A stretch of 45,670 nt of DNA, from contig JBEEFX010000313.1 of assembly GCA_041166365.1 (NCBI GenBank), positions 1 to 45,670 of the forward strand, in the 5' to 3' direction. The DNA is from Acidimicrobiaceae bacterium. GTDB taxonomy: Bacteria; Actinomycetota; Acidimicrobiia; Acidimicrobiales; JACDCH01. Shown here one piece after another: positions 16,800 to 26,413 of this stretch. The position numbers and the translations under genes were made by a program. The notes beneath the pieces are model-generated. The model made no database searches, was not told where the DNA came from, and saw only the letters and a program-made list of their open reading frames with translations. The stretch's first letter is position 1; each line of letters begins with the position of its first letter.

Positions 16800-17473
16800 A
16801 CCGCGCCGGCGAACGACCGGTCGATGTGGTCGGTCTCGAACCCGAGTCGTCGGTACATCGCGATCGCCGGTGCGTTGGCGCCGTCGACGTAGAGCATCCC
16901 GTGATCGATGCCGCGTTCGCGGTGCAGCCAGTCGAGGCCGAGCAGCGTGAGCGACCGGCCGAGGCCGCGCCCCTGGAAGCGCGGATCGACGCCGATCACG
17001 TAGATCTCGCCGACGTGCGGCGAGACATCGTCGTGCACCTTCGTCCAGACGAAGCCGGCGAGCGCGCCAGTGTCGTCGTCGTGATGCAGCAGGAAGCCGG
17101 CCGGATCGAACCAGGGCTCCCCCTCTCGTTCGACGAGGTCGTCGACCGTCCACCCGCCCTGCTCCGGATGGGACGCGAAGGCACGGTTGTTGACCTCGAC
17201 GAACGCCGCCTCGTCGGAGCCCGGCACGAACGCCCGCGTGCGGAGGGGGGGGACGGCGGCGTCGACCGGGAGCGGGCGACGCAGTTGGAGCAGGTCCCGC
17301 TCGAACGCGAGCCCGTTGTGCTCCGCCTCCGTCCGGTCGGCGTCCGTCGGATCGGCGACGAACCAGCGCACCGGCCCTCCGCCGGATCGCGCGACCTCCG
17401 CGAGCGCGCCGGCGAGGTCGTCCGGATCGGCGTAGACGACCCAGGTGCGCGGTGTGCGCTTGATCGTCACCAC
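16796..17473 (-). CDS. mshD: mycothiol synthase-like GNAT acetyltransferase with shortened N-terminal domain
   Basis: VNNRAFASHPEQGGWTVDDLVEREGEPWFDPAGFLL, WTKVH, GEIYVIGVDPRFQGRGLGRSLT and MLYVDGANAPAIAMYRRLGF. GTG 17473 or 17470. Confidence 0.7.
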   Translation of the reverse strand: MVTIKRTPRTWVVYADPDDLAGALAEVARSGGGPVRWFVADPTDADRTEAEHNGLAFERDLLQLRRPLPVDAAVPPLRTRAFVPGSDEAAFVEVNNRAFASHPEQGGWTVDDLVEREGEPWFDPAGFLLHHDDDTGALAGFVWTKVHDDVSPHVGEIYVIGVDPRFQGRGLGRSLTLLGLDWLHRERGIDHGMLYVDGANAPAIAMYRRLGFETDHIDRSFAGAV

Positions 17474-17481
17474 TGGGTGCG

Positions 17482-17491
17482 ACGGTAGCGT
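17482..17491. promoter_or_regulatory. Overlapping divergent -10 hexamers (ACGGTAGCGT) for mshD and nth
   Basis: Plus strand: TAGCGT at 17486-17491, 7 nt before ATG 17499. Minus strand: TACCGT (17487-17482), 8 nt before GTG 17473. Confidence 0.45.
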
Positions 17492-17498
17492 CCGGTCG

Positions 17499-18167
17499 AT
17501 GGCTCGGCCGAGGTCACCGAAGGGGCGAGCGCGAGAGACGATGGTCCGCCTCGCGGAGGAGTATCCCGGCGACGCCCGCGCGCTCTGCGCGCTGCGGCAC
17601 ACGAACCCCTTCGAGCTGCTGGCCGCCACGATCCTCTCCGCCCAGACGACCGACGAACGCGTGAATCTCGTCACACCCGCGCTCTTCGCCCGCTACCCCA
17701 CACCGGCCGACCTGGCCGCCGCGGACCCCGCGGAGGTGGAGGTGCTCGTGCAGTCCACCGGTTTCTTCCGGAACAAGACGAAGAGCCTCATCGGCATGGC
17801 GCGCGCGTTGATGGAGCGGTTCGGTGGCGAAGTTCCACACGCTATGGAGGATCTCGTGACGATCCACGGCGTGGGGCGCAAGACCGCCAACGTCGTGCGC
17901 AGCGTGGCCATGAACGAGCCCGGACTGCCCGTCGACACGCACGTCGGCCGGCTGTCGGTTCGGCTCGGGCTGACCACACAGACCGATCCGGTCAAGGTCG
18001 AACACGAGCTGAACGCCATGATCCCGCCGGCCGAGCGGGGCACCTTCAGCCTCCGTTTGATCCTGCACGGCCGCGCGGTGTGCGACGCGCGCAAGCCGCG
18101 TTGCCACGCCTGCGTGCTCGCGTCGTTTTGTCCCTCCGCGGGGGTGGCCGGCCGGGCAGTTCAGTGA
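17499..18167 (+). CDS. nth: endonuclease III (DNA glycosylase/AP lyase)
   Basis: HhH-GPD motif HGVGRKTANVV, catalytic-region DTHV, and 4Fe-4S cluster CDARKPRCHACVLASFC. Confidence 0.9.
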   Translation: MARPRSPKGRARETMVRLAEEYPGDARALCALRHTNPFELLAATILSAQTTDERVNLVTPALFARYPTPADLAAADPAEVEVLVQSTGFFRNKTKSLIGMARALMERFGGEVPHAMEDLVTIHGVGRKTANVVRSVAMNEPGLPVDTHVGRLSVRLGLTTQTDPVKVEHELNAMIPPAERGTFSLRLILHGRAVCDARKPRCHACVLASFCPSAGVAGRAVQ

Positions 18168-18260
18168 TGCGTTTGCGGAAGTGTCGTTGTATGTTTGCTC
18201 TTGACCAGGTTCCCGCCACCTGGTTCCCGCGACATCGGGATCCGCCGCCTGGTGTCGCCC

Positions 18261-18290
18261 GCGAAGGCTCCCGTTCTCGGGAGCCTTCGC
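18261..18290 (+). terminator. Intrinsic terminator (13-bp perfect stem, 4-nt loop, followed by CCGTTTTCGG)
   Basis: GCGAAGGCTCCCG-TTCT-CGGGAGCCTTCGC lies in the convergent gap between nth and the 62-aa ORF. The T-run is on the plus strand only. Confidence 0.65.
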
Positions 18291-18306
18291 CCGTTTTCGG
18301 GGACGA

Positions 18307-18495
18307 CTACTGCCCGCGGACGAGGCGGTCGAGGCGGCGGACCGCCTGCTGCAACGAACGCTCGATCTCGAAGAGCTCGGTCGACACCTGGTCGTCGTTC
18401 GACCCCCCGTAGCGCTCGGCCAGGCCGGTGATGCGTGTCGTGAGCTCGTCGAGTGCGGTGGCGAGTGACGCCAGCTGTGAGCCCTTGTCGTCCAT
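18307..18495 (-). CDS. small (62 aa) predicted helical/coiled-coil protein, unknown function
   Basis: MDDKGSQLASLATALDELTTRITGLAERYGGSNDDQVSTELFEIERSLQQAVRRLDRLVRGQ. Codon position 3 is G/C-rich and the ATG is clean. The rest of the 499-aa ORF is antisense to hisD. Confidence 0.45.
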   Translation of the reverse strand: MDDKGSQLASLATALDELTTRITGLAERYGGSNDDQVSTELFEIERSLQQAVRRLDRLVRGQ

Positions 18496-18537
18496 GCGGC
18501 GTGCGTTACCCCTTCTCGGCCCGAAGGCACCGGACAG

Positions 18538-18543
18538 TACCGT
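18538..18543 (+). promoter_or_regulatory. Putative -10 (TACCGT) of a leaderless his operon promoter
   Basis: TACCGT sits 6 nt before hisD GTG 18550. It is part of a 14-mer, GTACCGTTGCGGCG, that also occurs at 24075-24088. Confidence 0.45.
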
Positions 18544-18549
18544 TGCGGC

Positions 18550-19836
18550 GTGCTTGCACGGCTCGACCTCCGAGGTGTCACCGACCTCGGCTCGGCGTTG
18601 CCACGCCCAACGGCGGACGGCGCTGCGGCCGTCATCGGGGCGGTGCGGACGATCCTGGCCGACGTCCGAGACCGGGGCGATGCCGCGGTTCGCGAGCTGA
18701 CCTCTCGCTTCGACGGGGTCGATCTCGACGACCTCGCAGTGCCGGCCGCGGAGTGCAAGCGGGCCCTCGAGGCCATCACGCCCGCGCTCCGGCAGGCCCT
18801 CGAAGTCGCCGCCGGCAACGTGCGGGAGTTCGCGGCGGCGGAGGCCACCGAGGATCTTCGTTACGAACGCGACGGGCTCGTCGTGCGCACGCTGCGCCGG
18901 CCCGTCGACCGAGCGGGCTGCTACGTCCCCGGTGGTCGGGCGGCCTACCCGTCGACCGTGCTCATGACGGCCGTACCGGCTCGGGTCGCCGGTGTCGGCG
19001 AGGTGGTGCTCTGCGTTCCCCCCGACCGAAGCGGCAGCGTGCCCGATGTCGTGCTCGCGGCCGCGGCCATCGCCGGCGTCGACACCGTGTACCGCGTCGG
19101 CGGCGCGCAGGCGATCGCGGCGATGGCCTACGGCACCGAGTCGATCCCCGCCGTCGACGTGATCGTCGGGCCCGGCAACGTCTACGTGGCGGTGGCGAAG
19201 CGCGAGGTGGCGGCGGAGGGGCGTGTCGGCATTCCGTCGGCCTTCGCCGGACCATCCGAGGTCGTCATCGTCGCCGATGCGTCGACGGCCCCGGAGCTGG
19301 CGGCCATCGACATCATCGTGCAAGCCGAGCACGGGCCCGACGGGCTGGCCTGGCTGATCACGTGGTCGGAGACGGCGGCCGACGCGATCACGGCCGCGGT
19401 CGACGGGCTGGCGCGCGATGCCGAGCGCCGTGAGGAGATCGAGTCGACACTCGACACCAACGGTCGTTGCGTGCTGGTCGACGGCCCGGAACAGGCGATC
19501 GCGGTCGCGAATCTGATCGCGCCCGAGCACCTCGAATTGCTGAATGACGACCCCGAGTCCCTCGTACCACTCGTGCGGCACGCCGGTGCCGTGTTCTGCG
19601 GGCCGTTCGCGCCCGCATCGATCGGTGACTATGTCGCGGGACCGTCGCACGTGCTCCCGACGCACGGCTCCGCGCGTTACGCGGGCGCGCTCACCGCCGA
19701 CGATTTCACCAAAGCGGTGCACGTGGTCGACGTCGATCGCCAGGCGTTCGAGCGTCTCGGCCCCGTCGTGGTGGAGATCGCCACCGCTGAGGGTCTGCCC
19801 GCGCACGCCGATTCCATCAAGCTGCGCCGGCGATGA
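18550..19836 (+). CDS. hisD: histidinol dehydrogenase
   Basis: Typical HisD sequence throughout (RFDGV..., GGAQAIAAMAYGT, VGPGNVYV, QAEHGPD, GDY.AGPSHVLPT). GTG start. Confidence 0.93.
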   Translation: MLARLDLRGVTDLGSALPRPTADGAAAVIGAVRTILADVRDRGDAAVRELTSRFDGVDLDDLAVPAAECKRALEAITPALRQALEVAAGNVREFAAAEATEDLRYERDGLVVRTLRRPVDRAGCYVPGGRAAYPSTVLMTAVPARVAGVGEVVLCVPPDRSGSVPDVVLAAAAIAGVDTVYRVGGAQAIAAMAYGTESIPAVDVIVGPGNVYVAVAKREVAAEGRVGIPSAFAGPSEVVIVADASTAPELAAIDIIVQAEHGPDGLAWLITWSETAADAITAAVDGLARDAERREEIESTLDTNGRCVLVDGPEQAIAVANLIAPEHLELLNDDPESLVPLVRHAGAVFCGPFAPASIGDYVAGPSHVLPTHGSARYAGALTADDFTKAVHVVDVDRQAFERLGPVVVEIATAEGLPAHADSIKLRRR

Positions 19837-20891
19837 TCGAGCCGCGTGACGACGTGACGCTGATGGCCGGCTATCACTCGCCTCAAGTCGACGTGAAGGT
19901 GCGGCTCAACACGAACGAGGCCCCAGAGCCCCCGCCGGCCGCGTTCACCGAACGATTGGTCGACGAGCTGCGCACCGTCGAGTGGCACCGCTATCCCGAC
20001 CGTGCCGCCACGGCCCTGCGATCAGCGATCGCCCAGCTCCACGGCGTCGACCCGGCGCAGGTGTTCGCGGCCAACGGTTCGAACGAGGTGCTCCAGACGC
20101 TGTGCCTCACGTACGGCGGCGCCGGTCGCACGGCGGCCGTCTTCGAGCCGACCTACGCGTTGCACAGCCACATCGCCCGCATCACCGGCACACGGGTGGT
20201 CGTCGGCGAGCGCACGGACGACTTCGCGCTCGATCTCGCCGAGGTCGCCCGCGTGCTCGACGGCGAACGGCCGGAGATCACGTTCCTGTGCTCGCCGAAC
20301 AACCCCACGGGCGTGGTCGAGACCGAGGAGACCGTGCGCGCGGTGCTCGACGTCGCGCCAGGTCTCGTGGTGGTCGACGAGGCCTACGGCCAGTTCTCTC
20401 CTTGGTCCGCGCTCACACTCGTCGACGACGAACGCCCGCTGGTCGTCACGCGCACGTACTCGAAGACGTGGTCCATGGCGGCGGCCCGGCTCGGCTACCT
20501 CATCGGTCCGGCGGGGCTGGTCGATCAGCTCGACAAGGTGGTGCTGCCGTACCACCTCGATGTCGTGAAGCAGATCGCCGGGCGGCTCGCGCTCGACTAC
20601 CGCTCGGAGATGGAGGCCCGCGTGGCCGCGCTGGTGGAAGAACGCGGCCGGCTCACGGCGCGGCTCGCCGATCTTCCGATCGACGTGTGGCCCTCCGGGG
20701 CCAACTTCCTCCTCGTGCGCCCGCGGGCGGTCGACGGCGAACGCCTCTGGCAGGAGCTGCTCGATCGCTCGATCCTCGTGCGCAACTGCGCCTCGTGGCC
20801 CCGCCTCGAAGGCTGCCTGCGCATCACGGTCGGCACGCCCGACGAAGACCAGGCCCTGCTCACCGCATTGGAAGAGATCCTCGAACCATGA
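19833..20891 (+). CDS. hisC: histidinol-phosphate aminotransferase
   Basis: LNTNE, NGSNE, NPNNPTG and TYSKTWSMAAARLGY (PLP Lys). ATGA overlap with hisD. Confidence 0.92.
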   Translation: MIEPRDDVTLMAGYHSPQVDVKVRLNTNEAPEPPPAAFTERLVDELRTVEWHRYPDRAATALRSAIAQLHGVDPAQVFAANGSNEVLQTLCLTYGGAGRTAAVFEPTYALHSHIARITGTRVVVGERTDDFALDLAEVARVLDGERPEITFLCSPNNPTGVVETEETVRAVLDVAPGLVVVDEAYGQFSPWSALTLVDDERPLVVTRTYSKTWSMAAARLGYLIGPAGLVDQLDKVVLPYHLDVVKQIAGRLALDYRSEMEARVAALVEERGRLTARLADLPIDVWPSGANFLLVRPRAVDGERLWQELLDRSILVRNCASWPRLEGCLRITVGTPDEDQALLTALEEILEP

Positions 20892-21481
20892 CGACCCGCA
20901 TCGCCACCAAGAAGCGCGAGACCAAGGAGACGTCGGTGCTCGTCGACATCGACCTCGACGGTACCGGCACGTCTGAAGTGAGCACCGGGCTGCCGTTCTT
21001 CGACCACATGCTCGATCAACTCGCGCGTCACGGCGGGTTCGATCTGAAGGTCCTCGCCACCGGCGATCTCCAGGTCGACGGTCACCACACGGTCGAAGAC
21101 GTGGGCATCACGCTGGGCGAGGTCTTCGCGGCCGCAGTCGGCGACAAGGCCGGTGTCGCGCGCTTCGCCAGCGGCCTCTTCCCACTCGACGAGGCCCTGG
21201 TCGAGGTCGCGCTCGACCTCTCCGGGCGGCCGTTCGTCGTGTGGGACGTTCCCTTCGGCGAGGTGCTGCCGTTGGGTGATCCGCCGTTCAACCCGGAGAT
21301 GGCCGGCCACTTCTGGCACTCGTTCGCCACCTCCGCCGGGATCACGCTCCACGTGCGCAAGCGGGCCGGCGAGAACACCCACCACGTGGTCGAGGCCACC
21401 TTCAAGGGCGTCGCTCGCTGCCTGCGCACGGCGGTACGCGTCGAGGGCAAGGGCGTGCCCTCGACCAAAGGCTCTCTGTGA
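20888..21481 (+). CDS. hisB: imidazoleglycerol-phosphate dehydratase
   Basis: RETKETSV, GLPFFDHMLDQL, DGHHTVEDVGI and NTHHVVEATFKG. ATGA overlap with hisC. Confidence 0.93.
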   Translation: MTTRIATKKRETKETSVLVDIDLDGTGTSEVSTGLPFFDHMLDQLARHGGFDLKVLATGDLQVDGHHTVEDVGITLGEVFAAAVGDKAGVARFASGLFPLDEALVEVALDLSGRPFVVWDVPFGEVLPLGDPPFNPEMAGHFWHSFATSAGITLHVRKRAGENTHHVVEATFKGVARCLRTAVRVEGKGVPSTKGSL

Positions 21482-22092
21482 GCGAGCCGTTGGTCGCGGT
21501 GCTCGACTACGGCATCGGCAACCTGCGATCGGCCGAGAAGGGTCTGGCGCGCGTCGGCGCCGATGCCCGGTTGACGGCGGACCCTGACGTCATCGCCCAG
21601 GCCGCAGGCGTGGTGCTGCCCGGAGTGGGCGCGTTCGCTCGGTGCATGGATGCCCTCGACCGGACCGGGCTGGCGGCGATCGCCCGCGACGCGGTGACGC
21701 GCGGCGTTCCGTTCCTCGCGATCTGCATCGGGATGCAGCTGCTGTACGACGAATCGGAGGAGAGCCCCGGTCGCGCCGGGCTCGGCGTGCTGCGCGGCGT
21801 CGTCCGCCGCCTGCCGGAGGGCGTGAAGCATCCGCAGATGCAATGGAACACGCTCGACATCAAGCGCGAGTCGATGCTGTTCGAAGGGCTGCCCGACCCT
21901 GCGTGGTTCTACTTCGTGCACAGCTACGCCCCCGACGACGTCACGCACGCCACCGCGGTGTGCGACTACGGAGGTCCCGTCGTCGCCGCAGTGGAGCGCG
22001 GGAACGTGTGGGCCACGCAATTCCACCCGGAGAAGTCCGGCGCCAACGGCATGAGGTTGCTGTCGAACTTCGTCGCCCGGTGCGCCGCGTGA
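21478..22092 (+). CDS. hisH: imidazole glycerol phosphate synthase, glutamine amidotransferase subunit
   Basis: AVLDYGIGNLRS, LPGVGAF, ICIGMQLL (catalytic Cys) and ATQFHPEKS. GTGA overlap with hisB. Confidence 0.92.
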   Translation: MSEPLVAVLDYGIGNLRSAEKGLARVGADARLTADPDVIAQAAGVVLPGVGAFARCMDALDRTGLAAIARDAVTRGVPFLAICIGMQLLYDESEESPGRAGLGVLRGVVRRLPEGVKHPQMQWNTLDIKRESMLFEGLPDPAWFYFVHSYAPDDVTHATAVCDYGGPVVAAVERGNVWATQFHPEKSGANGMRLLSNFVARCAA

Positions 22093-22796
22093 GCTTCGAT
22101 CTCTATCCCGCGATCGACCTCCGCGGTGGTCGGGTGGTGCGCCTGCACCAAGGTGACTTCGACCGCGAGACCGTGTACGACAACGATCCGATTGCCGTGG
22201 CCCGGTCGTTCGAAGCGGCCGGCGCCCCGTGGATCCACGTGGTCGACCTCGACGCGGCGCGACGCACGGGAACCAACCGTGACGTCGTCGTGGCGATCGC
22301 GGAGGCGGTGTCGATTCCGGTCCAGACCGGGGGCGGGGTCCGCGACGCGACGCTCTTGCGCGACGGCGTGGCTCGTGTCGTCGTCGGCAGCGCAGCCGTC
22401 GAACAACCGGATCTGGTTCGACGACTCGCGACCGAGCATCCGGACCGTGTAGCGGTCGGCCTCGACCATCGCTACGGCGAGCTGCGGACCCGTGGCTGGC
22501 TCGACTTCAGTGGCGCGCGGGTCGAGTCTCTTCTCGAGCAGTTGTCGTTCGCCGGCGTCGGTGCGTTCGTCGTCACCGACATCGCCCGCGACGGTGTACT
22601 GCAAGGCCCTGACATCGATGGCTACCGCGCACACGTCGCGCGGACATCGGTGCCGGTCATCGCGTCGGGCGGCGTCGGTTCCCTCGACGACCTGCGCGCG
22701 CTCGCGGACACCGGCGTGGCCGGAGTCATCGTCGGCAAGGCGCTGTACGAAGGTCGCTTCACGATCGAGGAGGCGGTGCTCGCATGCGCTCGGTGA
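22089..22796 (+). CDS. hisA: ProFAR isomerase (HisA/PriA family)
   Basis: [47 protein letters not shown] and [13 protein letters not shown] overlap with hisH. Confidence 0.9.
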   Translation: MSFDLYPAIDLRGGRVVRLHQGDFDRETVYDNDPIAVARSFEAAGAPWIHVVDLDAARRTGTNRDVVVAIAEAVSIPVQTGGGVRDATLLRDGVARVVVGSAAVEQPDLVRRLATEHPDRVAVGLDHRYGELRTRGWLDFSGARVESLLEQLSFAGVGAFVVTDIARDGVLQGPDIDGYRAHVARTSVPVIASGGVGSLDDLRALADTGVAGVIVGKALYEGRFTIEEAVLACAR

Positions 22797-23545
22797 GGAT
22801 CATCCCGTGCCTCGACGTCGACGCCGGCCGCGTCGTGAAGGGCACCAACTTCGTCGACTTGCGCGATGCCGGTGATCCGGTGGAGCTCGCCGCCCGCTAC
22901 GACGAGGAGGGAGCGGACGAGCTGGTGTTCCTCGACATCACCGCGTCGTCGGATGCCCGCGACACCATCGTCGATGTCGCGCGACGCACGGCCGAGGAGG
23001 TGTTCATCCCCTTCACGATCGGCGGCGGGATTCGCTCCGTCGACGACGCCCGTCGCCTCCTGCGCGTGGGCGCGGACAAGGTCTCGGTGAACACGTCAGC
23101 CGTCGCCCGTCCCGAGCTGATCTCCGAGATCGCCGAGGAGTTCGGCAGCCAGTGCGTGGTGGTGGCCATCGACGCCCGCAAGGTCGAGGGTGGGGCGTGG
23201 GAGGTCTTCACCCACGGCGGTCGCAAGCCGACGGGACTCGACGCCGTCTCGTGGGCGGCCGAGGCCGAGCAGCTCGGCGCAGGCGAGATCCTGCTCACGT
23301 CGATGGATCGTGACGGCACGCGGGAGGGCTTCGACCTCGCGCTCACACGTGAGGTGGCCGACGGTTGCAACATCCCGGTCATCGCCTCCGGCGGGGTCGG
23401 CACGCTCGAGCATCTGGTCGAGGGTGTGCTGGAAGGCGGGGCCGACGCCGTGCTCGCGGCGTCGATCTTCCATTTCGGTCAGCACACGGTCCGTGAGGCG
23501 AAGGAGCTGATGGCGGCGAGCGGTATCACCGTGCGGCCCGCCTGA
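22784..23545 (+). CDS. hisF: imidazole glycerol phosphate synthase, cyclase subunit
   Basis: [40 protein letters not shown] and ASGGVG. ATG 22784, or GTG 22793 which forms a GTGA overlap with the hisA stop. Confidence 0.92.
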   Translation: MRSVRIIPCLDVDAGRVVKGTNFVDLRDAGDPVELAARYDEEGADELVFLDITASSDARDTIVDVARRTAEEVFIPFTIGGGIRSVDDARRLLRVGADKVSVNTSAVARPELISEIAEEFGSQCVVVAIDARKVEGGAWEVFTHGGRKPTGLDAVSWAAEAEQLGAGEILLTSMDRDGTREGFDLALTREVADGCNIPVIASGGVGTLEHLVEGVLEGGADAVLAASIFHFGQHTVREAKELMAASGITVRPA

Positions 23546-24065
23546 GCCATGCAAGACACTGCGTGGTGACCTCGTCGGCGTGGCCGGCGAACATGTGGTC
23601 GGCACCGGAGATCGTCGAGTACTCGGTCGCGATCCAGTCCGCAGTGGCCACCTCGAGGCGGGCCGGTGAGAAGAAACGGTCGTGTTCGGCGGCGACGACG
23701 GCCTTCGGTCGCGGGTCGTCGCCGATCGCCGGTTCGAACATGGTGAGCGCCGGGGCGATGAGGTACCAGCCGGCGATGCGCTCGTCCGAGATCGTCGCGG
23801 CGACGCCGCCACCGAACGAGTAGGCAACGAGGAAGCGCGGCTCGGACGTCATCCGGTCGAGTGCCGCCATCGTGTCCGCGACCGCGTCGTCGAGGTCGCT
23901 GCTGCTGAAGTCGAACCGCAGCGCGCTGACGCCCTCGGCGGGCAGGTCTCGATAGAGCGCGTCGACGACGTTGTTGTACCGGTCGCCACCCATGTCCGGA
24001 TGGGGATGGAGCAACACCGCGCCCGCCCACGGGTCGTCCGCCTCGGCCAGGTCGTAAGCCCGCAC
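23526..24065 (-). CDS. small alpha/beta-fold hydrolase, unknown substrate
   Basis: [17 protein letters not shown] (GxSxG-like nucleophile elbow) and a C-terminal GADHMF. GTG 24065. Convergent 20-nt overlap with hisF. Confidence 0.6.
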   Translation of the reverse strand: MRAYDLAEADDPWAGAVLLHPHPDMGGDRYNNVVDALYRDLPAEGVSALRFDFSSSDLDDAVADTMAALDRMTSEPRFLVAYSFGGGVAATISDERIAGWYLIAPALTMFEPAIGDDPRPKAVVAAEHDRFFSPARLEVATADWIATEYSTISGADHMFAGHADEVTTQCLAWLRRAAR

Positions 24066-24071
24066 CCGACG

Positions 24072-24081
24072 ACGGTACCGT
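24072..24081. promoter_or_regulatory. Perfect 10-bp palindrome ACGGTACCGT giving TACCGT -10 hexamers on both strands
   Basis: Plus strand: TACCGT at 24076-24081, 7 nt before ATG 24089. Minus strand: TACCGT (24077-24072), 6 nt before GTG 24065. Confidence 0.5.
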
Positions 24082-24088
24082 TGCGGCG

Positions 24089-24430
24089 ATGGCCAAGGCC
24101 GCAGTGAGCGACGGCGACAAGCTCCCGATCAAGATGCTGAGCGATCGCGTCCTCGTACGGCTGGGCGCCGCCGAGGGCGAGCGCCGGTCGGCGAGCGGCA
24201 TCGTCATCCCGGCGACGGCGCAGATGTCCAAGCGGTTGGCGTGGGCCGAGGTGATCGCTGTCGGTGCCAACGTGCGGGCGATGGAACCAGGCGACCAGGT
24301 GCTGTTCAACCCCGAGGATCGCTACGAGGTCGAGGTGCGCGGCGAGGACTACATCATCCTCCGCGAACGCGACGTGCATGCGGTGGCCGCAAAGCGGTTG
24401 GAAGAAGGCTCCACAGGTCTTTACCTTTGA
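24089..24430 (+). CDS. GroES/Cpn10-family paralog with C-terminal extension ending GLYL
   Basis: It aligns by eye to GroES: IKMLSDRVLV (IKPLEDRVLV), the mobile-loop-like SASGIVIP, VIAVG, PGDQVLF, EDYIILRERDVHAV. It has an extra tail, AAKRLEEGSTGLYL. Confidence 0.75.
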   Translation: MAKAAVSDGDKLPIKMLSDRVLVRLGAAEGERRSASGIVIPATAQMSKRLAWAEVIAVGANVRAMEPGDQVLFNPEDRYEVEVRGEDYIILRERDVHAVAAKRLEEGSTGLYL

Positions 24431-24525
24431 CATGGTCTCGCTCGCTGACGCTCACTCGACGTGCGGCTCGTCGCTGGCGCTTCCCTCGCCGCAGCAACTC
24501 GGTCGGGTCGTCTCACCCTTCCTCG

Positions 24526-24531
24526 TAATGT
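24526..24531 (+). promoter_or_regulatory. Putative -10 (TAATGT) for leaderless hisI-trpE
   Basis: TAATGT sits 7 nt before ATG 24539, with no SD. Confidence 0.4.
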
Positions 24532-24538
24532 GACAGCC

Positions 24539-24882
24539 ATGCCTGCGGCCGCGCTCGACGAACAGCTCGCGAACGTCCAGTACAACGAGGCCGGCCTGGT
24601 GCCGGCGATCGCGCAGGACGAGGCGACCGGCACGGTGCTGATGTTGGCGTGGATGACCGAAGCCACGTTGCGCGAGACCCTCGAGACCGGCCGGATGGTC
24701 TATTGGAGCCGCAGCCGCAACGAGGTGTGGCGCAAGGGCGACACCTCGGGCGACATCCAGCTCGTGCGCGAGGCGCGCTACGACTGTGACAGCGATGTGC
24801 TGCTGTTCGTCGTCGAGCAGCGCGGCAAGGGTGCTTGCCACACGGGCGAGTTCTCCTGCTTCTTCCGCGCGTTCTCCACGCC

Positions 24883-24886
<4 letters not shown>
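24539..24886 (+). CDS. hisI: phosphoribosyl-AMP cyclohydrolase
   Basis: [37 protein letters not shown] and CDSDVLL..V.Q.G.ACHTG..SCF. Confidence 0.9.
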
Positions 24887-26403
<1,517 letters not shown>

Positions 26404-26413
26404 CCTGCCGAAG

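Noticed and set aside
24431-24538. Search for a Trp/His leader peptide, attenuator or T-box upstream of hisI-trpE and upstream of trpC (30220-30257).
   Set aside because: I found no mini-ORF with tandem Trp or His codons, no alternative hairpins and no terminator. The in-frame upstream extension of hisI (from GTG 24461) has no homology value.
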